Part shown: positions 37,630-48,195 of the stretch, in pieces
Numbering within the stretch: the first letter of the stretch is position 1
Layout: each line of letters starts with the position of its first letter
Source: a virus
DNA: 64,000 bases
Direction: 5' to 3' (one strand)
IMG/VR virus record: IMGVR_UViG_3300033149_004116
Span: 36,023-100,022 of that record
The notes under the pieces: model-generated
Databases searched by the model: none
Seen by the model: only the letters and a program-made list of their open reading frames with translations
Told to the model about the DNA's origin: nothing
Position numbers and translations under genes: made by a program

Positions 37630-39364
37630 CTTTTATATCACTAAATTGAAAGTTTATTCCTCGACTCTTGAAATATTCATTACCCTCTTCGACCATTCTC
37701 TGTTTTAATTTGTTAAGTTCATCTTCATCTTTCAAAACAGAATATCCAGAAAGATCCGTTTCTATTTCCTCAACTGTCTTTTTTAATTCATATATTTTTG
37801 GTCTAAAATTCGTCTCCATTATATATCCTCTCCCCTCAAAATCCTTCAGCCATTTCAATACAGTTCCTCTACTTTTCTTTAATTGATCTGCTATTCTAAT
37901 TTGCATGGAGGGGTTAATAGGCGTTCCAGCATCATCATTAGTAGGAGGTCTTAATTTTAACTCCCTAAAAACTTTAACGAGATCATAATCTCTCCCCTCA
38001 ACGTCTTTTGCCATATAAATAAGACTTTCGCGAGCTATTTGTAAAATTTCTATTGCCTTTTCAGGTGTTAAAATATAAACAATTTTATTATTCAAATTTA
38101 TTCTTGGAAGAGTTCTACAATTTAAAACTCCATACATCTGAAGTAATAATTTTATTTTGTCATAATCCCCTCTAATTCTCAGCTTGCTTTTATCCAAAAT
38201 GGAGAAAACACTCTTATAAAATGAAATTAAAACGTCCACATCTTCTATATGATTAACCAAACAAGTCAATACCTCTTTTGAGTAATCATAATCTGTATAT
38301 GCTTTAACTCCCAATAAAACGTCGTTTTCTTGATTGTTTCTCCAAACCTTGAATTTTTCTATTCTCCGTGTTTGTTCTACAGAGCCATCTGGAGAAAAAA
38401 TCCAATATCGTCTGACAAATTGAGCGTCTATATCTCTTCTAGTCGTGCTTGTAAAAACCGTTATTGGATCTGTTTTTATTGTCTCTGTTGTATATCTTCC
38501 TGTATCTGGGTCTTTCACAGTATATGTAGTTACGAGTCCCTCATCCTCTACGGAGAGCATTTTAATGCTTGCATTTCCATAAGAATCATTCTCTTGGTCC
38601 AGTCTTCCCAATTCTTTGATAAACAATATTTCTTTTTCGTTTAGTTGTTGTCCCATATAATTTAATGCCCTTTTTGTCAAATGTGATACTGTATGGCTTT
38701 TATAAAAGGAAGCGATAGTTTTCAATATCCAAGTTTTTCCCGCCCCAGCTTCGTGTTTTGCACAAATTATCGTCTTCTTCTCTGGATTCTTACATTTACC
38801 GGTTATTGCCAAATTAAATATGAGCAATTTATTCGATCTTTCGCCCGCAATTAAATTATCCAAATGTTTCTCAATTAACACGATTGGAGACGGATGAGAT
38901 AAGATTTTTTCTGCTTCGGTCTCTATTTCATCTTTAAATTGAAAATCTATTGCAGAAGTATCATCAATTTTTTCCTCTTCTGTCTTTCCAAATTTTCTAA
39001 TATTCCAAACATTTATTGTTTTCGTTATTATCGCTCGGATTCGTTGAATGATTGGAAGTGGCAAAGGCTCTCCTTGAAAAATATCAATAAGAGCGGAATA
39101 TATCAATCCTGCTGGTTTTGTTTTTGTTTCCTTCTTCATTATACTTTTCCATATATTTTCTATTTTTATATTTTCCTCTATGCCTAGAACTTCATCATTA
39201 AAAGCGTTAATAAGAAATATTCGGCATCTTTTATCGTTCATTCTCTCCAATTTTAATTGATATACTACGTTTTCAGCCGATCCTATAACCTTATTGGGGT
39301 CAATTTCGTTTAAATTCCCAGATACGACTTCCCCCTCAATTTTTATAAAATCGTTTTCAGTCAT
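37604..39364 (-). CDS. Putative replicative helicase (AAA+ P-loop ATPase with C-terminal wHTH)
   Basis: EAGAGKT Walker A, ILFIKE Walker B-like, TSTT, QFVRR and R.R.D; start follows a GGTGA SD. Confidence 0.7.
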   Translation of the reverse strand: MTENDFIKIEGEVVSGNLNEIDPNKVIGSAENVVYQLKLERMNDKRCRIFLINAFNDEVLGIEENIKIENIWKSIMKKETKTKPAGLIYSALIDIFQGEPLPLPIIQRIRAIITKTINVWNIRKFGKTEEEKIDDTSAIDFQFKDEIETEAEKILSHPSPIVLIEKHLDNLIAGERSNKLLIFNLAITGKCKNPEKKTIICAKHEAGAGKTWILKTIASFYKSHTVSHLTKRALNYMGQQLNEKEILFIKELGRLDQENDSYGNASIKMLSVEDEGLVTTYTVKDPDTGRYTTETIKTDPITVFTSTTRRDIDAQFVRRYWIFSPDGSVEQTRRIEKFKVWRNNQENDVLLGVKAYTDYDYSKEVLTCLVNHIEDVDVLISFYKSVFSILDKSKLRIRGDYDKIKLLLQMYGVLNCRTLPRINLNNKIVYILTPEKAIEILQIARESLIYMAKDVEGRDYDLVKVFRELKLRPPTNDDAGTPINPSMQIRIADQLKKSRGTVLKWLKDFEGRGYIMETNFRPKIYELKKTVEEIETDLSGYSVLKDEDELNKLKQRMVEEGNEYFKSRGINFQFSDIKVDNYVEQD

Positions 39365-39393
39365 ATTATCACCTTTAATGGAGAAGTTGTATT

Positions 39394-40887
39394 TTAACCT
39401 TTTCTTTTTCGTATCGTGAAAAAAGGAGTCAAGGAACCCGCCAATACTGACGACCAAGCATAAGCAAGTGCATCGACCATATGATCTCTTCCAACAGTAG
39501 AATCAAAAGTATAATAACCAGTTCCTCCCAATTTGCCAATATAGCCAGATAATTCAAATCTAAGTTCTTGAGCTTGAATATCATTTATATTTTTATTAAT
39601 CCACAATTTTTCGCTCATAAATGCTTCGTCTAGCCCCATTCTTCCCCCACTGCCAACCATTAATTCGTTTTTTTGTTTGGATTTTACCCTCAATCCTCTT
39701 ACTGGAAGGTTTTCCTCAATCATATGAGACATAAGTTCATCTCCATGCCCTCCTGTTGCATCTATAGTATATAATCTCACAGAATATCTCGGTTGGACGC
39801 TTGTCATAATATATTTAGCAATTGATCGCATCTGTTCTCTTTCCCAAGATTTAATATAAACCACTCTATAAGGGATTTCAACGTTCTTTGTTACATTATT
39901 TATTATGACATCCATGTTTCCCAAAAATTCTTCAATTATTATTAATACTGTTGGATCGTTTATTTTCCCAACATCAATTCCTGCATAACAGGGTCTTTTG
40001 CTTCTTGTTGGTAACTTTCTCAAATTAAACACGGGGATTTTAGTAAATACTTGATTTGCAGTTCCATACCACTGTGCAAGATATTCTCTGTTGAATCTAA
40101 TTTCCCCAAGGCTTGCTTTCTCCTTTTCTAAATCTTTTTCGGTAAGAGCAGGGCATTCAGTAGATGGAATAGTATAAGATTTAATAGGTTGAATTTCCTC
40201 TGCGGGTATATCTATCTTAATTCCTTTTTTAACTTTATTTCTCAATTCTTCTGCTTTATTTCCTTCTATCCACTTTCTATAGAAAAAACTTCCTATAGAT
40301 CCAGCAGTTGATAACCATACAGTTTTTCCACCCGTATGAATCGTGAGAGGAGTGATGGATGGAAACATTCTATCATATATCAAACAAGCCTCATCAACAA
40401 ATAATAAATCAGCGTGATAGCCTCTTATATTATGAGCTTCTGGAACTGTGGTTCCATGTGCCTCCACAATACTGTTGTTATTCCATCGAATATTGGTTCC
40501 TCTCTCCCCATCAATAAATAAATCATACCAACCTTTACGTTTTAATCTTGAAACAAACGTTTTGGCGAAACTTAAAATTCTCTGTGCTTGATTCAAGTTG
40601 AATGAAATGATTCTAACTTTTGATCCTTCATGCATAGTAGCATACCAATCTGCAATTGAGCCACAAATCCAAGACGCTCCAATCTGTCTCCCCTTCAAAA
40701 TAACAAGTTCTTTTAAATTTGGATTTGCCACGTCCCTTGCGATCATTTTTTGATAATCATAAGGCTCCTCCCCAGGTATCTTGAAAAATTTATTGTGAAA
40801 ATATATTGGATCTGTTTGAAGTCTCTTATATTCTTCATATGCTTCTGGAGAGAGTTCATTCTCATCTATAAATGCCATCTCTACCAC
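39394..40887 (-). CDS. terL: Terminase large subunit
   Basis: YDYQ, KGRQIGAS, LFVDEA, LST, REY.A.W, GIDVG..D, IDATG and DHMVDALAYA. Confidence 0.93.
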   Translation of the reverse strand: MVEMAFIDENELSPEAYEEYKRLQTDPIYFHNKFFKIPGEEPYDYQKMIARDVANPNLKELVILKGRQIGASWICGSIADWYATMHEGSKVRIISFNLNQAQRILSFAKTFVSRLKRKGWYDLFIDGERGTNIRWNNNSIVEAHGTTVPEAHNIRGYHADLLFVDEACLIYDRMFPSITPLTIHTGGKTVWLSTAGSIGSFFYRKWIEGNKAEELRNKVKKGIKIDIPAEEIQPIKSYTIPSTECPALTEKDLEKEKASLGEIRFNREYLAQWYGTANQVFTKIPVFNLRKLPTRSKRPCYAGIDVGKINDPTVLIIIEEFLGNMDVIINNVTKNVEIPYRVVYIKSWEREQMRSIAKYIMTSVQPRYSVRLYTIDATGGHGDELMSHMIEENLPVRGLRVKSKQKNELMVGSGGRMGLDEAFMSEKLWINKNINDIQAQELRFELSGYIGKLGGTGYYTFDSTVGRDHMVDALAYAWSSVLAGSLTPFFTIRKRKG

Positions 40888-41855
40888 GTTTCTGGAGTTC
40901 TATAAATTAAATCCATACCAGAATTATCCATTTTGTTTACAATCATATATCCCACTTGAGATGTTATACCGCGAGAAATAAGTAGAGAATTCTCCCTTTG
41001 CATAGTTCCGCCCATAGCATAATATCTATGCCCTGCTTGGGGTATCATATATAATTGATGGAGATGTCCAGTAAGAAGAATATTCGGTCTTTCAATGAGA
41101 TTTCTATCTATTTTTTGAAGCATATAAGTTAAGGAATAACTCATTCCCCCAGCACCGTGCATCATTAAAATGTTGTATTTCTGATTATCGATTCCAAGAT
41201 TGGCTACGTGTCCATAATATCTAAAATTTAAATTTTTCTTTATTTTCGGCATTAACGCTTTATAACAATCAAGCCCCACAAGTATGTTGCCCTTTATTTT
41301 TTCTTCGTGATTGCCTATTACAGTATGTAAAACCGTTCCCTTCGGAAACATATTGAAGAGTCTTGCTACCTCCGCTATCTGATCTGAAATTGATAACAAT
41401 TTAACATCTTGAAGTTCCATTCGATGAACTCCTCTCCCCTGAAATGTATCTCCAGGTATTAAGACATCCTTTATTGAATATTCTTCAACATCCGAGATCA
41501 AATTATCAAAAGCCATTCGAGAAAAGGTTCTTGAGCCAATATGATGATCGGAACTTATGATAAATGGAACTTCTATTTCACCTAATATTCTGTAATACTT
41601 TTCTTGAGAATCTACAGAATATCTTACCAAAACTATTTCATCGGCAATATCTTTAATATCATATCCATCTGATATTAAATCTTGTATATATCTATCTAAT
41701 ATTTTTCTTGAAATATTCCATCCACAATTTTCCTCCAGCTCGGATAAAAATAAATCCTTTAAAATTGGTAGTTTTTTTCCTCTCAATAATTTAAGAATAT
41801 CTTCTTGAGGTGTTACTATATCCTCTTCCGTTTTTATTATTTTTAATGATTTCAT
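40881..41855 (-). CDS. Metallophosphoesterase with N-terminal wHTH
   Basis: SDHHIG, GD, GNHE, HG and GHLH. Confidence 0.85.
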   Translation of the reverse strand: MKSLKIIKTEEDIVTPQEDILKLLRGKKLPILKDLFLSELEENCGWNISRKILDRYIQDLISDGYDIKDIADEIVLVRYSVDSQEKYYRILGEIEVPFIISSDHHIGSRTFSRMAFDNLISDVEEYSIKDVLIPGDTFQGRGVHRMELQDVKLLSISDQIAEVARLFNMFPKGTVLHTVIGNHEEKIKGNILVGLDCYKALMPKIKKNLNFRYYGHVANLGIDNQKYNILMMHGAGGMSYSLTYMLQKIDRNLIERPNILLTGHLHQLYMIPQAGHRYYAMGGTMQRENSLLISRGITSQVGYMIVNKMDNSGMDLIYRTPETW

Positions 41856-42118
41856 ATTTTTTCACCATCCGTTCTAATTAAATATATTATATTTTTATCT
41901 TGTATAACTTTTATCGGTTCGCCTTTAGATATCCACCCTCTTAAACGCCGAGCAGTATGTTTGGCACGAACTGGGAAAGTCAGTTCAATTTTTCCTTTTT
42001 TGATTTTTGAATTTAGGAAGTTTATTATAGTTTGTCGATAAATGCCTCTCGACGGGGGTTTTATATCAACAATCTCCTCAATTCTCAAATTCTCCTTCCC
42101 CACCATCTGCCCCACCAA
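41852..42118 (-). CDS. Hypothetical protein
   Basis: In-operon ORF. Confidence 0.45.
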   Translation of the reverse strand: MVGQMVGKENLRIEEIVDIKPPSRGIYRQTIINFLNSKIKKGKIELTFPVRAKHTARRLRGWISKGEPIKVIQDKNIIYLIRTDGEKI

Positions 42119-42196
42119 TATACTTCCCTCCTATTAAAATCTTTCTTATTTAAATTTCCATCTTTTAAAATTAATTTTAACAAAAAGACATCCTCC

Positions 42197-44740
42197 TCAA
42201 AGGAACTGATCCATTGATATTTTTCGTTCTTTTATTAATTTAATCTTATTAATCTCTTTATCATTTAGAACCAGTCTTAGAAATGGTTCAACGTTGTTCC
42301 ATATTCTATTTTTCCAGTAAAAATCCAAAGCCCTTTTAGTCAATTTTGGGAGCTTTTTAACGGCTTCCTCTGGCGTTAAATTTTCATCAATCGGCTCTGC
42401 TATTTTTTTATTTTTATCAACATCAATAACTATATAAGCCATTTTCTCTCCGGGTCTAATTTTCCCTCCTCTAGCAACCAGCTTCTTTGCTGCTTGAATT
42501 ACTGGCGTTTCTTTCTCGTATTCGTCCAGTCTCTTTTTAATTCCTATTTTGAGGATTAGCATATGATCATATTTATTATCATAATAATCTTTAATAATCT
42601 TCGACCACATCTCATCTAATTTTTCTGGAGAATCTAGAATCATATTCAAAGTTTTCATTTGAAATTTCCTCAAGAATTGTGTTCTATCTGAGCGCACGAG
42701 CGGGAGTCCTCGACTGTATGGATACCATGACAAATTACTATTTTCATCCCTTTGCCATCCATTATTGTCATCATAAATTACTCTCCAGAAATATTGTTTT
42801 TTAACCTTTCCAAAAACTCCTCTATCTATTATTTTTTCAAGTTTAATTTCAATTCCGCTTTCAAATTTGTCTTTATAAAACTCTTCCAATTTTTTACTAT
42901 AATTATTTCCAAAATCGAGTAATTTTTTCATATCATCCCTTGTCAAGTTTTTATAAGTTTTATTAACATTTATCAAGTTTGGAGATTTAATTACTACACT
43001 ATCAGAATCTCCATAGACAACTAAAACATTTTTCTCCCCCTCAAAAAAGGATTTTGTTTTTAATAATGCTGTCCTTGCTAAATATGTTACCATTCCAACA
43101 AATTTCTCTCTTGGTTGATCTGGAATTCTAAAATCGACTTCCTCCTCGTTGTCTTTTATATGAAGCATCATATTTTCTGGTATTTCTTTTTCCACCTTCC
43201 ATCTGCTTGATGACATACCTAGCACCCCATAATGAGCCAAAAGAATTACTTTTACAGAATATTGCTTTCTATAATATTCTTCATATTCGGCGGAATTATG
43301 AGAATATTTTTTCATTTCTTCTTTTAATTCATTTCTTCTCCCCTCCAATTTGTGGAGAATAGATGGAAATAGAGGAAGACCTTCCTTTCCATAAAATTCT
43401 CCGAAAGCTCTAGCAAATTTCATATATTCTTCTATACCATTTTCAGTAAAAGTTCCATTCCATTTGTAATATGCTATTGGATCGAGAAGATAGGATTGAA
43501 TAATTCTATTATAAAGACTTAAAAAGTCATAAACAAACATAAACGAGTGAATGCCTCTTTTCGGGGGGAAAACAATAGCACCTTTAAAAGATTTCTTCTT
43601 TTCTTCATATTTTCTAGTTGAGGGAACTACCCACTTCTTCCCTTCCTCAGTAAGAAGTCTTAAAGCAGAAGTATCTACAATGTGTGATGACCACACTGCA
43701 AAATCTATAAATATTCCAACTTCATCCGCTACTGAAGAATAAAGATTTATAATATCCATAGCCTTTTCCATTACATATAAAGCATAACTATGCGAAATAT
43801 TAATATCTTTCATTTTTTGGGGGTTGTTTTTCCATGCTTTATAATAACTTGGCAGATGTCTTATTCTTCTATCTCTTATCTTTATGCCATTTTTTATTAA
43901 TTTTGTTTCATATTTTTTAAGCATTTTTTCATACGCGGTTGTTAATTTATCATAATACGTTTTTTGATGAAAAATTCGATGAAACTCTGCAAGATCGACA
44001 AATCTCCATATTCTCCATTCAAGCCATAACCCTAACGCTTTACATCTCTTAGATAACTGTTTTTGTTCAAAATCTTTATTCCATACAACTATATAATCAT
44101 AATCCATCAAGAAATCAAAGAGATTCTGTAACATTTTGCTTTCTGATGTCTTTCCATATTCCCAAGTAAAGTAGTGAATTTCTCCATCGTCTGTTGTAGC
44201 CGAGGCACATAAAATGGAATATTGACCAGCCTCCTCTGGAAATCCACGAGAATCATCCGTTTCTATATCTAGGAAAACAAGTTTGGGCGGAGGAAGTTTG
44301 CCATTATAAGCAGATATTTTATTATTTTTAAGAATTAGTCCTGCTTTAATCCCCCCATCAATTCTAATTCTTCTAATAAACGGTATATCTGCCTCCGAAA
44401 GTTCTACGCCCATTTGTTGAAAGTGTTTTCTTAATTGCCCGACTCTCCAAGGCTCCCATAAATCGCATCGCATCGGTTTTCCATCTTGAAGCGCAAACTC
44501 CAAATTTGTCGTGTGAAATTCATAATCCCTCCCCTCCACAAGATTCATCATTTCTAATTCTTGCTTAATCACTTCTCTATCTTTTTCATCGAAATAAAAA
44601 TACGGTCTTATAGGGCTTCGTATCGGTTCGGGAAATATCTTTTTTCCATTATTTGTTCTAATAGCCATATAGATTAATGGAGGCTTGCCCTTTTCAGTTT
44701 TATAAAAAGCTGATACTAATCTGCCTTTAATTTCGCTCAT
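42197..44740 (-). CDS. polB: Family B DNA polymerase with divergent motifs
   Basis: PYFY, EADIPF..R, FLDIET, DFLSLY, K....YG, YGDSDS, KKQY and RGL..VRSD. Confidence 0.93.
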   Translation of the reverse strand: MSEIKGRLVSAFYKTEKGKPPLIYMAIRTNNGKKIFPEPIRSPIRPYFYFDEKDREVIKQELEMMNLVEGRDYEFHTTNLEFALQDGKPMRCDLWEPWRVGQLRKHFQQMGVELSEADIPFIRRIRIDGGIKAGLILKNNKISAYNGKLPPPKLVFLDIETDDSRGFPEEAGQYSILCASATTDDGEIHYFTWEYGKTSESKMLQNLFDFLMDYDYIVVWNKDFEQKQLSKRCKALGLWLEWRIWRFVDLAEFHRIFHQKTYYDKLTTAYEKMLKKYETKLIKNGIKIRDRRIRHLPSYYKAWKNNPQKMKDINISHSYALYVMEKAMDIINLYSSVADEVGIFIDFAVWSSHIVDTSALRLLTEEGKKWVVPSTRKYEEKKKSFKGAIVFPPKRGIHSFMFVYDFLSLYNRIIQSYLLDPIAYYKWNGTFTENGIEEYMKFARAFGEFYGKEGLPLFPSILHKLEGRRNELKEEMKKYSHNSAEYEEYYRKQYSVKVILLAHYGVLGMSSSRWKVEKEIPENMMLHIKDNEEEVDFRIPDQPREKFVGMVTYLARTALLKTKSFFEGEKNVLVVYGDSDSVVIKSPNLINVNKTYKNLTRDDMKKLLDFGNNYSKKLEEFYKDKFESGIEIKLEKIIDRGVFGKVKKQYFWRVIYDDNNGWQRDENSNLSWYPYSRGLPLVRSDRTQFLRKFQMKTLNMILDSPEKLDEMWSKIIKDYYDNKYDHMLILKIGIKKRLDEYEKETPVIQAAKKLVARGGKIRPGEKMAYIVIDVDKNKKIAEPIDENLTPEEAVKKLPKLTKRALDFYWKNRIWNNVEPFLRLVLNDKEINKIKLIKERKISMDQFL

Positions 44741-44810
44741 CCAATCACCTAATATTTAGATAAGAGGCAGTATAAAAATATAACGTTTTGACTTTACTAG
44801 AAAGATTTAA

Positions 44811-45536
44811 TTAAAAATTCCACTCTTTGTTGGCTTTGACGTAAGATTTCCAATTTCCAATGTCTAAGAAAGGCTCGGTATCGTGATAAGCTATAATATT
44901 ATATTCGGCTCCTAGCATTTCTCTAAAAACGTTATTCACGACATCCTTCCCGACGGCGCAGAACAATTTGTAGAAGTCTTCGTTTGTAACATAAAATATG
45001 GGGAGAATGCCACCAGAATCTACCACTCTTTTAACGTTTAATTCGGACAGAGCTGGTTTTTCTTTAATTAATGTAACAAGTCCTGATAAATCCTCGACAT
45101 ATCCAACTGGTATTTTTATATTGTCATTAACTGTTATGGAAATATCTCCTTTTTGGAGGAAATGATTCATAGTCAAATCATATATATCTGTTGATGCCAA
45201 TGTGTCCCCATAATAAATTAGAGATGGAAGTTTGATGAGTCCCTGTGACCATGCCATCTTCAATTCGCCAGCAGTACCCAAAGGATGATCCGATAATGAA
45301 TATTTTATATCTACTCCAAATCTACTTCCATTTCCAAAATAGTTAATAACCTGCTTGCCCTTCCTCCGATTGAGACAGAAGACGAATTCTTCAATATCAA
45401 AATCGAGACAGTGATTAATTATGTGCTGACCTACAGGTTTTTGATCATCGCCTATTGGTAACATTATTTTTGGAATAACATCTGAAAAAGGATAAAGTCG
45501 CGAGCCGAGTCCAGCAGCAAGTATCACAGCCTGCAT
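44811..45536 (-). CDS. Sugar-1-phosphate nucleotidyltransferase
   Basis: AVILAAGLGSRL.P....PK.MLP, PLGTAG, YGD and DIG. Confidence 0.9.
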   Translation of the reverse strand: MQAVILAAGLGSRLYPFSDVIPKIMLPIGDDQKPVGQHIINHCLDFDIEEFVFCLNRRKGKQVINYFGNGSRFGVDIKYSLSDHPLGTAGELKMAWSQGLIKLPSLIYYGDTLASTDIYDLTMNHFLQKGDISITVNDNIKIPVGYVEDLSGLVTLIKEKPALSELNVKRVVDSGGILPIFYVTNEDFYKLFCAVGKDVVNNVFREMLGAEYNIIAYHDTEPFLDIGNWKSYVKANKEWNF

Positions 45537-45541
45537 CTAAC

Positions 45542-45793
45542 TTATTCCTCTTCTTTAGATTTCTTTTTGGCGACCTTTCTTTTTCTTTTTTCGAGAGTTG
45601 TAATTCTCTTCTCAAGTTCGGCAATTACAGCAATTTTTCTCTTCTGTTCGGAAAGAAGTTCAACAAGTTCGTTTATTCTCTCTGCTGATTCGTCCACTCT
45701 TTGAGATAGTTTTACCATTTCACTATGTAATGCGAAAGCCACTCTTGAAAATTCTTTTTTAGTTCCTCTTCTCACTTTGAATCGATTAGACAT
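45542..45793 (-). CDS. Small coiled-coil protein
   Basis: Heptad pattern; upstream TATA-like box. Confidence 0.5.
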   Translation of the reverse strand: MSNRFKVRRGTKKEFSRVAFALHSEMVKLSQRVDESAERINELVELLSEQKRKIAVIAELEKRITTLEKRKRKVAKKKSKEEE

Positions 45794-45899
45794 ACTTTAT
45801 AATTTATCTTAGGATATATTTAAACCTTCCGTTTTTTACAAAACAACAAGAAATAAAAGAACGAAAAGTTTAATAAATAGAAGCATTATTGAATAATAT

Positions 45900-46460
45900 A
45901 TGTCGAGAAATCCAAGGAAATATTTACCTGACGACAGATATTGTGAGTATGTCTATCCCCCAGATCATGTTAGAGCAGGAGAGCGATGTAGAGCAGTAAA
46001 AATGAGGGGGAGTAAATATTGTTATTATCATCAGCCAGATAAAGAAAAGGTATTAAAACAACTTGCCGAGGCGCGAGAGAATATTGGTAAAAGAAATGTG
46101 AAACACGGTATTTATTCAAAAACGGGTAGGAAATGTGATAATTGTAGTTTGGCAGACGTGTGTAAATATTATGAGAAGGGGAAAAATGTCTGTGATTTCG
46201 ACCTGAATCCCAACGTAGATTTAGCCTCGTTAGAGAGTATTAGAAAATTTGTTGAAGAATTGGTGCAATCTGAGATGAAAAGATACAGGAAACTCGAACC
46301 CTATTTCATGGTCGATGGAGATATCAATATGGAACTACACGACCTCAGTTCGAGAGTAGCAAAAAGGCTTTCGGCAGTTCTAAAGGATTATTCAGCAATA
46401 ATGGGCGAATACCAGAAAAGAAGAAAAATATCGGGATGGAAGGATGTCCTCCTATCTTAA
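45900..46460 (+). CDS. Putative terminase small subunit
   Basis: N-terminal C..C..CYYH finger, then N.KHGIYS (TerS-like) and a helical C-terminus. Confidence 0.55.
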   Translation: MSRNPRKYLPDDRYCEYVYPPDHVRAGERCRAVKMRGSKYCYYHQPDKEKVLKQLAEARENIGKRNVKHGIYSKTGRKCDNCSLADVCKYYEKGKNVCDFDLNPNVDLASLESIRKFVEELVQSEMKRYRKLEPYFMVDGDINMELHDLSSRVAKRLSAVLKDYSAIMGEYQKRRKISGWKDVLLS

Positions 46461-47212
46461 TATTCTTTTTTATATTCTTCCAAATAATATTTTTCATATT
46501 GCTCTTTGTGTTGCATTATCTCCGTTTTTATATCTTTTACAAAATTATTAATAATCTTATTTATAATTTTATTTATTGCTCTCTCTTCTTCACGGAAATC
46601 TCTAGAATCGTCGTTAAGAATCCGAGGGTTCTTTTGGGAGAATATTAAAAAATCTTCACCAAATTTTGCCTTTATAATTATATCCTCTAAATCTCTAAGT
46701 TCTTCATCACATAAAAAAGAAATTCTATAATCTCTCTTTAAATATTTTAAATATTTTAAAAAAATCATATCAAGACATTCAATAAAATAATTCAACATCT
46801 TCTTTATAAATTGTTCCTCTAATTTTGGTTGTAATCGCTCTTTCTCTCTCTTTAATTGCTCTCTCTCTCCCCTTAATTTTTCAATTTCTTCCCATAATTT
46901 GCTTCTCTTTTGATATAATACTTTGAGTTCGCCCTCAGCTAGTTGAAGTTTCTTCTCAAGACTTAATTCTCTCTTCTCAACAGATTTTAATCGTTTTAAA
47001 AGTTTTTTATCTTTTATAAGATTGTTCAATTCTTTCTTTATTTTTAAAATTTTTTGTTGATATATTCGATCTTTTTTTATTTTCTCCCACAAATCAATAA
47101 TTTCATATTTATCAATTTTCCCACTAAATTTATTCATCACATTTTCAAAGGAAAGATTTTCTACGAAAATTGCTTTTTCAAGAGCCGCTAGTAAAATATC
47201 TTCTTGTATCAT
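46457..47212 (-). CDS. Coiled-coil hypothetical protein
   Basis: Long Lys/Glu-rich heptad region. Confidence 0.55.
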   Translation of the reverse strand: MIQEDILLAALEKAIFVENLSFENVMNKFSGKIDKYEIIDLWEKIKKDRIYQQKILKIKKELNNLIKDKKLLKRLKSVEKRELSLEKKLQLAEGELKVLYQKRSKLWEEIEKLRGEREQLKREKERLQPKLEEQFIKKMLNYFIECLDMIFLKYLKYLKRDYRISFLCDEELRDLEDIIIKAKFGEDFLIFSQKNPRILNDDSRDFREEERAINKIINKIINNFVKDIKTEIMQHKEQYEKYYLEEYKKEY

Positions 47213-48105
47213 AATATTCTCTCCATTAATCGTTCTACAATTATTTGCTTTCGGTCGCTTCTAAATTTAACAATTACATTAGAAGGGAAATTTGATGTGT
47301 AAAGTTTCTTCTCAGAATAGGCTAACCAAGGAACGGTCGTCCCCGTTCTTATCCCCCATCTAAATTTTCTTATAGGATATTTGCCTCGTGAAACAGCTAG
47401 AATTGGAAAGTTTCTTTTATAAGCTAAATGAATATGTGCTAATGCCACAAAATCAAGATTCTCAAAAATCCCGAACGCTCTCTTAAGATAATAATCTGGA
47501 GTTGAAGAATTTCCCGTTCCATGTGCAACATATCCATTATAATAAATATCGCCCACCTTCAATTGAAGAATAAGCCCGCGCTCTGGTTCAGCTAGAATAC
47601 ATCTTGGACTTTCTTTAATTATTTTATCATCTACAATAGGAATACCTGAGAATCCATATTCTTCTAAATCCCTAGTTATTCTAAGTTCGTGATTTCCCAC
47701 AACTCTTGCTATAAATTGATAAAAAATATTCTCCCAGAAATTACAATAAATTTCCGCCTCTTCCCGAATAAGCGTCTCTCGTGTAGAATGTCTTAAATGA
47801 TTTTTTGGTCTTTTTGAAAGCATTTCCATATCATCCCCCATGCCAATAACTCTAATATAAGGATGTTTTTCAATATATTCTATTTGAGATTGTATAACTT
47901 TTTGGGGTATGATGGTTTGATTATAAACGGGATTTCCAATATGATTATCACCATTTAAAACGACCTCAGCAATTCCGTCTGTATTTAATGGAAGTTCAAT
48001 TCTATGAACTTCAATTGCATCCTCTTTTAGATAATCTTTCCATGTTAATTTCATTAAGTTGACCCTCACTTTATAATTTGAGAATCTCCTATCATTCCTT
48101 CTCAC
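47209..48105 (-). CDS. Metallophosphoesterase
   Basis: GDNHIG, MGD, GNHE, AHG and AHIH. Confidence 0.85.
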   Translation of the reverse strand: MRRNDRRFSNYKVRVNLMKLTWKDYLKEDAIEVHRIELPLNTDGIAEVVLNGDNHIGNPVYNQTIIPQKVIQSQIEYIEKHPYIRVIGMGDDMEMLSKRPKNHLRHSTRETLIREEAEIYCNFWENIFYQFIARVVGNHELRITRDLEEYGFSGIPIVDDKIIKESPRCILAEPERGLILQLKVGDIYYNGYVAHGTGNSSTPDYYLKRAFGIFENLDFVALAHIHLAYKRNFPILAVSRGKYPIRKFRWGIRTGTTVPWLAYSEKKLYTSNFPSNVIVKFRSDRKQIIVERLMERIL

Positions 48106-48195
48106 TCTATCTGCCCAATTTGGGGCATTTTAACCAAGTTCTATGAGGCGGGGCGGCATATAAAGATTTTCCATTTAAAAAAATATAAAAGAAGA

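Noticed and set aside
43100-43200. Possible in-frame BHB intron explaining the PolB insertion after motif B
   Set aside because: Flanking helices could not be formed; treated as a protein insertion.
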